Positions 1-10,003 of a stretch of DNA of 64,000 bases are shown one piece after another. The number at the start of each line of letters is the position of its first letter. Within the stretch, counting starts at the first letter, position 1. Under the pieces are notes generated by a model. It was not told the origin of the DNA, did no database searches, and saw only the letters and a program-made list of their open reading frames with translations. This stretch comes from Gammaproteobacteria bacterium. GTDB lineage: Bacteria; Pseudomonadota; Gammaproteobacteria; G965277405. Position numbers and translations under genes: made by a program. The stretch is taken from positions 1,636,580 to 1,700,579 of the forward strand of contig OZ255726.1 of the NCBI GenBank assembly GCA_965277405.1. The letters are read 5' to 3'.

Positions 1-1118
1 TTGGCTATGATGCCTTGGCAGATGACAACAGTTTACCACTGTTGCAGCTCGCCAATATTGACCCTGCGGCAATTGCGGGAGTATTAGGGAAAATCGACAT
101 TGCTACCACGCTGTTTATTGTCGTGTCAAAATCTTTGCAAACCCAGGAAACCCATGCAAATTTGCAGGCGATTCGCCAATATTGGCAGCTGCATTATCCT
201 GAAGATGCTTTTTGGCAGCAAGCGATTGCGGTGACCGCCGCTTGGCAACAGGCGTTGCAGCTTGGGTTTAGGACAAACGCGATTGTGCCGATGTATGACT
301 GGATCGGTGGGCGGTTTTCGTTGTGGTCTGCCGCAGGGCTGAGTATCGCCATAGCAGTTGGCTGGGTGGCATTTAGTGGCTTGTTGACTGGTGGTAATAT
401 TATCGATGAGCATGCCCAGCACAGCCCCGCACAACAGAATATGCCGCTGACTATGGCATTGCTTGGATTTTGGTATAAGCAATATTGGCGCTGCCAAACG
501 GAAGCGTTGTTGGTGTATAGCCATCGGCTGCGCAAATTTCCTGAATATTGCCAGCAGTTGACAATGGAAAGCAACGGCAAGAGTGTGGATATTGATGGCA
601 AAGTGATTCACTACCCAACCGCCAGCATTGTCTGGGGTGGGGAGAATACTAATGGACAGCACGCATTCCACCAACTCCTCCACCAAGGTAGCCATGTTGT
701 ACCAGCAGATTTTATTCTGCCTTTGGTAACGGATACGCTCGATGGCGTCGACACTGCAGCGATGCACGCTGCATTGGTCGCCAATGCTTTGGCGCAGGCT
801 AAGGCGTTTTCAGCAGGCGAGCAGCCTGATAATCCGTATGGACAAGTTCCAGGCAATAAACCGTGTTCAATAATTAGTTTTGGTGCTGTTTCACCAATTA
901 GTGTCGGCGGGCTTGTGGCGTTGTATGAACATAAAACCGTGTTTGAGGCGCTGCTTTGCAACATCAATCCCTTCGATCAATTTGGCGTATTACTTGGTAA
1001 AAAACTCGCAACAAACATATTAACCAGCATGCACAACAGCCAACAAACGGACGTATTAACAACACGGTTATTGCGGCGGCATCGCCAATATAACGCAACC
1101 TTAGGAAGCTCTGATTAA
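1..1118 (+). CDS. pgi: glucose-6-phosphate isomerase, 5' end upstream of window
   Basis: ORF is open to the window edge. PGI motifs ESNGKSV and GENTNGQHAFHQLLHQG are present. The last 6 codons (LGSSD) and the TAA stop lie inside the RE295 copy starting at 1101. Confidence 0.9.
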   Translation, partial: GYDALADDNSLPLLQLANIDPAAIAGVLGKIDIATTLFIVVSKSLQTQETHANLQAIRQYWQLHYPEDAFWQQAIAVTAAWQQALQLGFRTNAIVPMYDWIGGRFSLWSAAGLSIAIAVGWVAFSGLLTGGNIIDEHAQHSPAQQNMPLTMALLGFWYKQYWRCQTEALLVYSHRLRKFPEYCQQLTMESNGKSVDIDGKVIHYPTASIVWGGENTNGQHAFHQLLHQGSHVVPADFILPLVTDTLDGVDTAAMHAALVANALAQAKAFSAGEQPDNPYGQVPGNKPCSIISFGAVSPISVGGLVALYEHKTVFEALLCNINPFDQFGVLLGKKLATNILTSMHNSQQTDVLTTRLLRRHRQYNATLGSSD

Positions 1119-1394
1119 GTCCATGACGGGCGAGACGGAGAAAAAACGCTGATGAAACTTAAGCGCAGTGCGCAGATAATACTGGTGGTCGTGTGGGTGT
1201 TGCCAAGTGCGGCAACGACGTTAGCACAGCGTTTTTTGCCGTCGTTGTGTTGAATATACTTTGGGTTTGCTGCAGCGGTACTTGCTGTGTTGCATCCCTG
1301 GGCGTATATGCTACGGCATGCGCTTAGCGCCTTGCAATCATCAGCAATTGCAGGCAAACCCGCTCCAGCAGCGAGTTAATCAGAGCTTCCTTAG
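1101..1394 (+). mobile_element. RE295 element, near-full copy 1
   Basis: Left end TTAGGAAGCTCTGATTAAGTCCATGACGGGCGAGACGGAG, right end GCGAGTTAATCAGAGCTTCCTTAG (inverted repeat). Flanked by TTAG on both sides. Confidence 0.9.
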
Positions 1395-1395
1395 A

Positions 1396-1653
1396 TTTTT
1401 ATCTGGTGATGAATACACAATTGCTGATATCGCGACATATCCGTGGTATGGGACATTGGTCATTGGTGAGCAATATGATGCGCAAGAGTTTCTTGATGTG
1501 CAAGGTTATACGCATGTTGCGCGCTGGGCTAATGAAATTCACAGCAGACCTGCTGTCATTCGTGGCTCGCGAGTGAATACAGCATGGGGACCAGCAGAAG
1601 AACAACTACATGAACGCCACAGCGCTGCTGATTTTACTACGTGTCCCAAGTAG
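1396..1653 (+). pseudogene. C-terminal ~85-aa remnant of a YghU/nu-class glutathione S-transferase, N-terminal part replaced by RE295
   Basis: FLSGDEYTIADIATYPWYGTLVIGEQYDAQEFLDVQGYTHVARWANEIHSRPAVIRG resembles the recalled E. coli YghU C-terminal domain. The reading frame upstream of 1396 is repeat sequence, with no start codon or N-terminal GST domain. Confidence 0.7.
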
Positions 1654-1669
1654 TGTTCATGTTGATTTG

Positions 1670-2440
1670 TCAAAAAATATTGCGTTGCTGACGCAGGTAT
1701 ATAAACAGTTCAAACGCGGTTGCAATACCATGTGTTTTGCTAAATTTAGGCAGTAGTGCTTGGCAACGGAGAAATGGATTGATAGTGCGTTCAAGGCCGA
1801 CTGTGGTTGGCACGCTGGGAATATGCTGTTGCCGTTGTGCTATAACTTTGGCAGTGTGGGTTGTTATTGCTTGATTATCAGGGTCGAACTGCTGGGCAAA
1901 AGATAAGTTTTTTAACGTGTATTCATGCGCGCAATACAACAACGTTTCAGCAGGCATTGCTGCAAATGTTTGCAGTGTTTGGTATAAATCTTTGCCGTCA
2001 CTATCGTTGATGCGACCACAGCCGGCGCTAAAAATAACATCACCAGAAAACATCATTGGCGTATCGCCATCTTGGAATTGATAACTAATGTGTTCTCGCG
2101 TATGGCCTGGTGTGTCAAGCACATGGACTTGGTAGTCGAATATTTCAATCACATCACCACCACGCACAATTGTGCGTGTTTGTGGCAGATCTGGTCCATA
2201 TACTTGGGAGCAGCTTGGGTATTTTGTGAACACTGCATTGGTTGCGCCAACATGGTCGCTATGGCGGTGGGTGAGCAATATTCCAAGAACGTTATATTGA
2301 TGCCGTGTTAAAAATTCAAATAATGGCGCCGCCTCACCTGGATCAACAACCCAAACATCGGCTGAATCTGGCTTGGCAAGCACCCAGATATAATTGTCAA
2401 GCGCGCCGACGAGTGCAGGGATGGCGTGGATAGATAGCAT
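1670..2440 (-). CDS. gloB: hydroxyacylglutathione hydrolase (glyoxalase II)
   Basis: 256-aa ORF with the metallo-beta-lactamase motif LLTHRHSDHVGA and a typical GloB N-terminus and length. Confidence 0.9.
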   Translation of the reverse strand: MLSIHAIPALVGALDNYIWVLAKPDSADVWVVDPGEAAPLFEFLTRHQYNVLGILLTHRHSDHVGATNAVFTKYPSCSQVYGPDLPQTRTIVRGGDVIEIFDYQVHVLDTPGHTREHISYQFQDGDTPMMFSGDVIFSAGCGRINDSDGKDLYQTLQTFAAMPAETLLYCAHEYTLKNLSFAQQFDPDNQAITTHTAKVIAQRQQHIPSVPTTVGLERTINPFLRCQALLPKFSKTHGIATAFELFIYLRQQRNIF

Positions 2441-2455
2441 ATTGTGTGGAGTAGT

Positions 2456-2750
2456 TTAGGGAAGCTCTGATTAAGTCCATGATGGGCGAGACGGAGAAAA
2501 AACGCTGATGATAACTAGGCGCAGTGCGCAGATAATACTGGTGGTATTATCAAGTGCTGCAACGACGTTAGCGCAGCGTTTTTTCCCGTCCTTCTGTTGA
2601 ATATACTTTGGGTTTGCGGCAATTGCTGTGCTTGCTGTGTTGCATCCCTTGGCGTATATGCTACGGCATGCGCCTGCGGAATGCGCCTTGCAATCATCAG
2701 CAATTGCCATCAAACTCGCTCCATCAGCGACTGAATCAGAGCTTCCTTAG
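2456..2750 (+). mobile_element. RE295 element, near-full copy 2
   Basis: TTAGGGAAGCTCTGATTAAGTCCATGATGGGCGAGACGGAG ... CATCAGCGACTGAATCAGAGCTTCCTTAG. Sits in the divergent gloB / aminotransferase intergenic region. Confidence 0.9.
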
Positions 2751-2855
2751 TTTAGAGCTTGCCTAACATCTATTTTGGCAAGCCGCGCTTAGATTGTGTT
2801 ATGAGTGTAGTCATATCCACAATAGCTGATAATATGCTGCTGTACTAGACTCTTT

Positions 2856-4043
2856 ATGCAACACATGAACACAGCAAAACACCTCCGCAGTTTGAATCCA
2901 TTATTTATACCAGGGCCAACCAATATTCCATTGCGGTTGCAGCAAGCAATGCAGTATTGGGCCGCTGACCACCGCGCACCTGACTTTCATGAATTTATTC
3001 AGCCAATTTATGCTGGATTGTTGGATATTTTTAATAGCAAGGATGCTACGCCAATTGTGATCACCGCCAGCGGGACAGGGGGTTGGGAGGCAGCACTTAC
3101 TAATTTGCTGTCGCTTGGCGACAAAGTGGCGGCAACTAATAACGGCATGTTTGGGCAAAGGTGGATTGAAATGTGCCATGGTCTACAATACCGCGTACAA
3201 GAAGTGGCTGGAGTGTGGGGTGATGGTGCATCTGCATCCGCATTTGCCCAAGCATTGATTGACGATGCCAATCACGATATTAAAGCAGTACTCGTCACCC
3301 ATAATGAAACATCGACCGGTGTAACTTCTGATGTTGCGGCAATTCGTGCGGCATTGGATTCTGCAAATCATCCTGCATTGTTGTTGGTTGACTGTATCAG
3401 CTCATTGGCATCGATTGATGTGCAAATGGATGAGTGGGGTATTGATGTGGTGCTGGGTGGGTCGCAAAAAGGATTCATGCTAGCAACTGGAGCAACGGTG
3501 CTAGGTTTTAGCCCAAAAGCCATGGCGGCGATGGAACAGGCAGGTTCGCCACGCTCATTTTTTGATATCAAAGCCATGGTTGCAGCAAACAACGCTGGTA
3601 CCTTTCCGTTTACGCCGTCTATACCGTTGCTGGCGGGATTGAGAGAAAGCATTGCCATGCTGCTAGAAGAAGGGCTAGAAAATGTGTATGCGCGGCATAG
3701 GTTTATTGCTACAGGTGTCCGTGCTGCAATTGCAGCGTGGAGTTTGCAGCTGTGTGCCAACCATGCTGATGTATATTCTGATACCGTCAGCACAGTCATG
3801 GTGCCAGATGGTTTTGATAGCGAAAGAGTCGTACTGCAAGCATATGAAAAATATGGTGTCTCATATGGCGCAGGGCTTGGGCAAGTTGCAGGCAAAGCAT
3901 TTCGGATTGGGCATATCGGCATGATGACCGCCACCCAAGCTCTCGCTGGGATAGCGACGGCAGAAATGGCAATGGTTGATGTTGGTATCCAGATTAAACT
4001 TGGCAGCGGCATAACCGCCGCACAACAATGGTACATGCAGTAG
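2856..4043 (+). CDS. class V (AGXT-like) aminotransferase, serine-glyoxylate/serine-pyruvate type
   Basis: 395-aa ORF. The PLP-lysine context GGSQKGFMLATG and overall AGXT-family layout are present. An alternative start exists at 2865. Confidence 0.8.
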   Translation: MQHMNTAKHLRSLNPLFIPGPTNIPLRLQQAMQYWAADHRAPDFHEFIQPIYAGLLDIFNSKDATPIVITASGTGGWEAALTNLLSLGDKVAATNNGMFGQRWIEMCHGLQYRVQEVAGVWGDGASASAFAQALIDDANHDIKAVLVTHNETSTGVTSDVAAIRAALDSANHPALLLVDCISSLASIDVQMDEWGIDVVLGGSQKGFMLATGATVLGFSPKAMAAMEQAGSPRSFFDIKAMVAANNAGTFPFTPSIPLLAGLRESIAMLLEEGLENVYARHRFIATGVRAAIAAWSLQLCANHADVYSDTVSTVMVPDGFDSERVVLQAYEKYGVSYGAGLGQVAGKAFRIGHIGMMTATQALAGIATAEMAMVDVGIQIKLGSGITAAQQWYMQ

Positions 4044-4151
4044 TTGTGTTTGCGCGATCATTGATAAGCAGTACTCTTGTATCTTTGTTTTGTTGTTGTA
4101 TTTCCCGGTGGATTGCAGCCACGGTTGCGTAAAGCCAGCAAGCGCAGTTAT

Positions 4152-4171
4152 TGATGCTGGCTGATGCTGGC
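4152..4171. repeat. 10-bp tandem duplication TGATGCTGGC x2
   Basis: Read directly at 4152-4161 and 4162-4171. Confidence 0.8.
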
Positions 4172-4265
4172 CATTAACAGATGGAGCAAGCGTTGCACAG
4201 CAAATTAAAGTCAAATATCGCCAGATTACGACAAAAAATATACTGGCGATTCTCATCATTTTTAG

Positions 4266-4319
4266 ATAATCATGTTGCAATGCATAATCATGTTGCAATG
4301 CATAATAATGTAGCATTGC
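4266..4319. repeat. 18-bp tandem repeat ATAATCATGTTGCAATGC x2 plus a degenerate third unit
   Basis: Units at 4266-4283 and 4284-4301 are identical. The unit at 4302-4319 is diverged. Intergenic, upstream of cysS. Confidence 0.8.
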
Positions 4320-4508
4320 TTTACTATATGCTACATATCACATGGCTACACCAGCGCGTGTTGTGCCTGCATGTGGCAACGCTGCTTAATCAGCAAAAAA
4401 CACATGGAAACGACAACTTGTTCGTGTAAATTTTGTAGGGCGGTGTGGTATTTCTATCCCATCGTGCTGTATAGGGTTTTGATTTTTTAATGGATATGTA
4501 ACACCCCA

Positions 4509-5918
4509 ATGGTTGCAGATATATTTTTATACAACACACTAACGCGAAAAAAACAACGCTTTACTCCGCTGACACCAGCACAGATTCGCATGTATGTGTG
4601 CGGGATGACGGTGTATGACTTCTGCCACCTTGGCCACGCGCGGGTAATGGTGGTGTTTGATGCATTTGTGCGCTACCTGCGCCACCGTGGCTACGATGTA
4701 TTGTATGTGCGCAACATTACCGATGTCGACGATAAAATTGTTGCGCGCGCGGCTCAACGCAATATCAGCGCAGCGTCGCTCACGGATGAATTCATCAACC
4801 ATATGCACGATGACGAACGCGCCCTCGGCAATATTCCGCCCGATGTGCAGCCACGCGTCAGCGAGAATATTGACGCCATCATCGCGCTGATTAACACCCT
4901 CATCCAGCGTAATCACGCCTACGTTGCCTCAAATAATGATGTGTATTTTCGGGTGCGTTCGTTTACTGAATACGGTCAACTTAGCGGCAGAAATATCGAA
5001 CAATTACTCGTTGGTGCCAGAGTTGAGGCTTCAGCGCATAAAGAAGATCCGCTTGACTTTGCGTTATGGAAAGCTGCTGACAGCGGTGACGCGCGCTGGC
5101 AATCTCCATGGGGAATGGGGCGGCCTGGTTGGCATATTGAATGCTCGGCGATGTCCATGCGCACACTCGGGGAAACATTTGACATCCATGGTGGTGGCCC
5201 AGATTTAATTTTTCCCCATCATGAAAATGAAATTGCACAATCTTGCTGTGCTACTGGTAAGCCATATGCGCGGTATTGGATGCACATTGGCGCGATTGTT
5301 GTTGACGGACAAAAAATGTCGAAATCGCTAGGAAATTTTCATACAATTGCAGATTTACGCGCCCAATATCACCCGTTATTGCTCCGCTATTTCTTATTAA
5401 GCAGCCACTACCGCAGCCCTGTTGACTTTCAAACAGCCAATATTCAAGCTAGCAGTCAGGCGTTAAACCGCTTGCTATTGAGTCTGCGTAATCACGATAT
5501 TGCCAGCAGCGCGGATGAGGATGTGGCAACGAATGCATTTGCAACAGACTTTTACCAGGCCCTCGACGATGACTTCAACACTCCAGCGGCATTTGCCGTA
5601 TTGTTTGCGCTTGCCCGTGAACTCAATAAGGCAACAGCAGCTACTGCTGCTAGGCTTGCTGCAACACTCATCACCATCAGCGCCAGTATTGGTCTCGATC
5701 TTAGCAATCCAGAAACATTATTAAAATCGACATTAAAATCGGCGTCGCCGCAGCATGATTCTCTCAATGACCAACAAATTGCAGGGTATATTCAGCAACG
5801 CCAAGATGCGCGTTTAAACAAAAAATTTGCCGAGGCTGACCGGATTCGCGAGGTGTTATTGGCAGCGAATATTGTCATCGAAGATACCCCGCAAGGTAGC
5901 AGTTGGAGACGAAAATAA
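4509..5918 (+). CDS. cysS: cysteine--tRNA ligase
   Basis: HIGH-type motif CHLGHAR and KMSKS motif KMSKSLGN. 469 aa. Confidence 0.95.
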   Translation: MVADIFLYNTLTRKKQRFTPLTPAQIRMYVCGMTVYDFCHLGHARVMVVFDAFVRYLRHRGYDVLYVRNITDVDDKIVARAAQRNISAASLTDEFINHMHDDERALGNIPPDVQPRVSENIDAIIALINTLIQRNHAYVASNNDVYFRVRSFTEYGQLSGRNIEQLLVGARVEASAHKEDPLDFALWKAADSGDARWQSPWGMGRPGWHIECSAMSMRTLGETFDIHGGGPDLIFPHHENEIAQSCCATGKPYARYWMHIGAIVVDGQKMSKSLGNFHTIADLRAQYHPLLLRYFLLSSHYRSPVDFQTANIQASSQALNRLLLSLRNHDIASSADEDVATNAFATDFYQALDDDFNTPAAFAVLFALARELNKATAATAARLAATLITISASIGLDLSNPETLLKSTLKSASPQHDSLNDQQIAGYIQQRQDARLNKKFAEADRIREVLLAANIVIEDTPQGSSWRRK

Positions 5919-5920
5919 TA

Positions 5921-7498
5921 ATGCAAGACTCGACTCTACGGTTTAATAATTTTTTTACCCAAGAACTTCCAGCAGATAATGATCACAGCAATACCATTCG
6001 CCAAGTTGCAAACGCCTGCTTTTCTTGGGTCACCCCAACGCATTGCTCGCAACCAACGCTGCTTGCGCATTCAGCAGAAGTTGCAAAAATGCTGGCAATT
6101 CAAGTTGATGGCAGTTGGTTTTCTGATGTATTCGCTGGCAATAAAACTCTTGCAGGAATGCAGCCGTACGCGATGCGCTACGGCGGTCATCAATTCGGTA
6201 ACTGGGCAGGGCAACTTGGTGATGGTCGTGCAATTAACCTAGGTCAGTTGAATACAGCTGACCAGCAACACTTCACCTTGCAGTTAAAAGGAGCGGGGAA
6301 AACCCCATATTCACGCCACGCTGATGGCAGAGCCGTATTACGCTCCTCATTACGTGAATTCCTCTGCAGTGAAGCAATGCACCACCTTGGGATTCCAACT
6401 ACCAGAGCACTCTCACTCGTCCTCAGCGGCGATCAAGTTACCCGAGATATTATGTATAACGGCAATGTCGCAGCCGAACCTGGCGCCATCGTCTGCCGTG
6501 TTGCCCCGACGTTTTTACGGTTTGGTAGTTTTCAACTGCATACCGCCATGGGCGAACAGCTGCTGCTGCAACAACTTGCTGATTTCACCATTGCCCATTA
6601 CTTCCCAACTGTAGATGCGACCTCAGCAGAGAAATACATCCAATGGTTTGAGATAGTTGCCCAGCAAACAGCAAAAACTGTTGCCCATTGGCAGCGCGTT
6701 GGTTTTGTCCATGGTGTATTGAACACCGATAATATGTCGATAACTGGTGAGACAATCGACTACGGTCCATATGGATGGCTAGAGCCATACCAACCGAATT
6801 GGACACCAAATACTACAGACCGTGAATACCAGCGCTATGGATTTGCCAACCAACCGTATATCAGTCATTGGAATTTGGGAATGTTTGCCAACTCGCTGGT
6901 GCCGTTGCTGCGTGCAAGCAGCTCGTTGGTTGAGCAGCTCCAGCAAAAATTAGCAGGCTATCCAGGTGTGTATCAACACCATTGGCAGCACACTGCAGCC
7001 AGCAAGCTCGGGCTGGCGCGTTGGCAGAGTGCGTCTGACGAAAAACTCTACAGCACGCTAGAGCAATTGCTCGAACAATGCCAATTTGATTATGTGTTGT
7101 TTTTTCGCCAACTTGGCAATGCGCTGTCATTGCCAAATGACCAGGCGCTGCAACTCCTTGCGGCAACGAGCTATACAGCGCTGTCAACCGCACAACTCGA
7201 CGCTTGTCGCGATTGGTTGCGGCGATACCGTGCGCGTCTTGGTCGCCAAACAGCCCAGCAAATCACCGCGCAAATCACCGTGATGAATACAGTTAACCCA
7301 AAATATGTATTGCGCAACTACCTGGCGCATCAAGCAATTGAAGCCGCCCACGCTGGCGATTACAGCGTATTGCATACCTTGCAAGCGCTGTTGCGCACCC
7401 CATACGATGAACAACCAACCATGGAGCGCTTCGCAAAAAAACGCCCTGATTGGGCGGAAAACAAGGTCGGGTGCAGCAAATTATCGTGCAGTTCGTAA
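5921..7498 (+). CDS. selO: protein adenylyltransferase SelO (YdiU family)
   Basis: RYGGHQFGNWAGQLGDGRAI and HGVLNTDNMSI motifs. ATG at 5921 is preferred over the TTG at 5903 that overlaps cysS. Confidence 0.9.
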   Translation: MQDSTLRFNNFFTQELPADNDHSNTIRQVANACFSWVTPTHCSQPTLLAHSAEVAKMLAIQVDGSWFSDVFAGNKTLAGMQPYAMRYGGHQFGNWAGQLGDGRAINLGQLNTADQQHFTLQLKGAGKTPYSRHADGRAVLRSSLREFLCSEAMHHLGIPTTRALSLVLSGDQVTRDIMYNGNVAAEPGAIVCRVAPTFLRFGSFQLHTAMGEQLLLQQLADFTIAHYFPTVDATSAEKYIQWFEIVAQQTAKTVAHWQRVGFVHGVLNTDNMSITGETIDYGPYGWLEPYQPNWTPNTTDREYQRYGFANQPYISHWNLGMFANSLVPLLRASSSLVEQLQQKLAGYPGVYQHHWQHTAASKLGLARWQSASDEKLYSTLEQLLEQCQFDYVLFFRQLGNALSLPNDQALQLLAATSYTALSTAQLDACRDWLRRYRARLGRQTAQQITAQITVMNTVNPKYVLRNYLAHQAIEAAHAGDYSVLHTLQALLRTPYDEQPTMERFAKKRPDWAENKVGCSKLSCSS

Positions 7499-7604
7499 TA
7501 GTTTAAAAAAAATCCCCCAATACGCGATTATGGCGTATGATGAAATTATAAAATGTCTGCATCTGAGTTGCTGGCAAAAATCACAAACACATAAGGAGAA
7601 ACAT

Positions 7605-8639
7605 ATGAAAAAATCCATTCGCATACTGCGTATAATTGCCTGCTTAGCTATTGGCTTTAGTGCAATTTCAACGGCGTTTGCCGGAGCTACGATTGATGCC
7701 ATGAAAAAAAGAGGTAGCCTTAATTGTGGGGTTAACTCTGGATTGGAGGGGTTTTCTGCAATAGATTCTGATGGTCATTTCATCGGTTTTGATACGGACA
7801 TGTGTCGTGCAGTTGCCGTATCGATTCTTGGTGCTGGTGAAAAAGTTAATTTTATACCATTGACTGCGCAACAGCGTTTTACCGCGTTACAGTCTGGTGA
7901 GGTTGATATGGTTTCGCGTAATACGACATGGACATTATCACGTGATGCGTCGCTCGGTGGCATGTTTGCTGCTGTCACGTATTACGATGGGCAGGGGTAC
8001 ATGGTTCCTAAAAAATTGGGTGTTACCAGTGCTACCCAACTAAAAGGTGCGACGGTATGTGTTGAAGCCGGGACAACCACTGAAAAAAACTCAACTGACT
8101 ATTCGTACGCACATGGATTAAAATTAAAATCAGTTGTCTTTAATACTCTAGAAGCTGCTAGAGCGGCATATTTTTCTGGTCGTTGCTCTGTGTATACAAC
8201 GGATGCATCAGGGCTTGCTTCAACCCGCAACGCAGAAGCCAAAAACCCAGCTGATCATATTATTCTTCCAGAGATGATTTCTAAAGAACCTCTAGGTCTA
8301 ATGGTGCGGCGCGGTGATGATGAGTTTTTTACAATTGCCAAATGGGTAGTGTTTGGACTAGTTAATGCTGAAGAATACGGCATCACTCAGGCGAATGTAT
8401 TAGACAAACAAAAAAATGAGAAAGACCCTACTGTTATGCGCATGCTCGGCTCTTCTGAAGACACTGGTAGACTGCTCGGCCTTGATAAAGATTGGCTCGT
8501 TCGTCCCATCCTAGCTGTCGGCAATTATGGCGAGATTTTCGAACGTAACGTTGGTCCAAACACACCACTTGCACTGCCACGTGGTCTAAATGCTCTTTGG
8601 ACAGAAGGTGGCTTGATGTATGCACCGCCTATTCGATAA
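7605..8639 (+). CDS. aapJ: general L-amino-acid ABC transporter, periplasmic binding protein
   Basis: AAGGAG 7 nt upstream of the ATG at 7605. Signal peptide ends in AFAG. First gene of an aapJQMP-type operon. The track ORF 7305.. is a spurious upstream extension. Confidence 0.85.
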   Translation: MKKSIRILRIIACLAIGFSAISTAFAGATIDAMKKRGSLNCGVNSGLEGFSAIDSDGHFIGFDTDMCRAVAVSILGAGEKVNFIPLTAQQRFTALQSGEVDMVSRNTTWTLSRDASLGGMFAAVTYYDGQGYMVPKKLGVTSATQLKGATVCVEAGTTTEKNSTDYSYAHGLKLKSVVFNTLEAARAAYFSGRCSVYTTDASGLASTRNAEAKNPADHIILPEMISKEPLGLMVRRGDDEFFTIAKWVVFGLVNAEEYGITQANVLDKQKNEKDPTVMRMLGSSEDTGRLLGLDKDWLVRPILAVGNYGEIFERNVGPNTPLALPRGLNALWTEGGLMYAPPIR

Positions 8640-8832
8640 TTTCCCATGCGTACACTTTCTGCAGATTTACATAAACAACGATTAGCAACAACAGCAGTAT
8701 TGTCAATACTAGTATTGCAGTTGACATTTGCTAACCAGCGTTGTTGGAAAGTGCTTTATATGTAATTAGCAACCAAGGCTAGTATGACTGCTAGCCTTGT
8801 TTGTATTCAACATCGCAACATTGGGGGAATAT

Positions 8833-10002
8833 ATGGCTAGCAAGAAACAACCGTTTTCGTTGAATAGCAAAGCTACACGAGCTGTTATATATCAAATTAT
8901 TGTAGTCGCTATATTGGTCGCTTTTTTCTGGTATCTTGCAGCGAATACCATGGCAAATTTGGCTCAACGCGGTATACAAAGTGGTTTTGATTTTTTATCT
9001 GAGCCGGCAAGCTTTGATATTGGCGAAACAGTGATACCCTTTAACCCAATAGTGGACTCATACGCTAGAGCCTTTGTAGTTGGATTGCTAAATACCATCC
9101 GTGTCGCCATCGTCGGTCTATTTACTGCAACGATTATAGGTACACTCCTAGGTATAGGTAGATTTTCAAGCAACGCGCTTATACGTGGTATTTGCTATGG
9201 ATACGTTGAAACATTTCGCAATATTCCAGTGCTGCTGCAACTGTTGCTTTGGTACCTAGTATTTGTTGAAGTTCTCCCGCCACTGTTGGATGCGGTGATT
9301 ATTTGGGACGTTATTTATCTTAGCAAAGAGGGTTTCGCATTTCCTAGCCCAATTTGGGAATACGGGCATCTGACGCTGGGTATTGGGCTTATTGCTGGCT
9401 GTATAGCCGCATACACCAACACGAAAATTAAGTTACGCTCTTTTGAGCAAACAGGGGTATATCGCAATGTGACATTGGCTAACGTGTTATTTATTGTTGG
9501 TTTTACCCTGCTTGGCTGGGCAGTCGGTGGGTTCCCTAACGACTGGTCAGTCCCTGTACATGAAGGCTTTTCGCTGCAAGGCGGGATGACGTTGACCCCT
9601 GAATTCATGGCGGTTTATCTGGGATTGTCATTATATACCGCAGCATTTATTGGTGAAAATGTTCGCAGCGGGATTGCCGCAGTATCTTTTGGGCAATTAG
9701 AAGCTGCAAAAAGCCTTGGCTTGGCTGCGAAGCAATCGATGCGATTTATTATTTTCCCGCAGGCGTTGCGGGTAATTGTTCCTCCTGTAACTAACCAATA
9801 CCTCAACTTGACTAAAAACTCGTCGTTAGCTGTTGCGGTTGGCTACCCTGATATTGTTTCAGTTTCAAATACATCACTCAATCAAACTGGTCGTGCCATC
9901 GAGTGCATTACGCTTATTATAATTGCGTATCTTATCTTATCATTGGCAACATCAGCTCTTATGAATTGGTATAACAAGCGCGTTGCTATCTTGGAGCGCT
10001 AA
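8833..10002 (+). CDS. aapQ: amino-acid ABC transporter permease
   Basis: Multi-TM protein with a BPD-type permease core. Second gene of the operon. Start MASKKQ at 8833. Confidence 0.85.
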   Translation: MASKKQPFSLNSKATRAVIYQIIVVAILVAFFWYLAANTMANLAQRGIQSGFDFLSEPASFDIGETVIPFNPIVDSYARAFVVGLLNTIRVAIVGLFTATIIGTLLGIGRFSSNALIRGICYGYVETFRNIPVLLQLLLWYLVFVEVLPPLLDAVIIWDVIYLSKEGFAFPSPIWEYGHLTLGIGLIAGCIAAYTNTKIKLRSFEQTGVYRNVTLANVLFIVGFTLLGWAVGGFPNDWSVPVHEGFSLQGGMTLTPEFMAVYLGLSLYTAAFIGENVRSGIAAVSFGQLEAAKSLGLAAKQSMRFIIFPQALRVIVPPVTNQYLNLTKNSSLAVAVGYPDIVSVSNTSLNQTGRAIECITLIIIAYLILSLATSALMNWYNKRVAILER

Positions 10003-10003
10003 A

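Noticed and set aside
1115-1357. ORFs of 60-85 aa inside RE295 copies, for example 1115..1357(-), 2471..2713(-), 16916..17146(-), 56901..57116(-), 58182..58427(-), 61642..61899(+), 29313.. and 30167..
   Set aside because: They recur only because the DNA repeat recurs. Indels between copies shift or break the frames. They have no RBS and their composition is cysteine-rich and odd. I treat them as non-coding element sequence.
1101-1394. Alternative identities for RE295: tRNA-derived SINE, group II intron fragment, REP/ERIC-type repeat or integron attC
   Set aside because: There is no tRNA-like or intron domain V/VI-like structure. At about 295 bp with 20-bp TIRs and target duplication, it differs in size and architecture from REP (about 35 bp), ERIC (about 127 bp) and attC sites. 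MITE-like remains the best fit. A structured-RNA function is not excluded.
3861-4316. Minus-strand ORF with a signal-peptide-like start (MMRIASIFFVVIW...)
   Set aside because: It would run about 180 nt antisense into the aminotransferase gene. It has no RBS and no recognisable family, and its 5' part is made of the 18-bp tandem repeats. It is probably debris of a lost gene.
7305-7604. Upstream 100 codons of the track ORF 7305..8639
   Set aside because: They overlap the 3' end of selO in another frame. AAGGAG plus ATG at 7605 and the signal peptide mark the real aapJ start.
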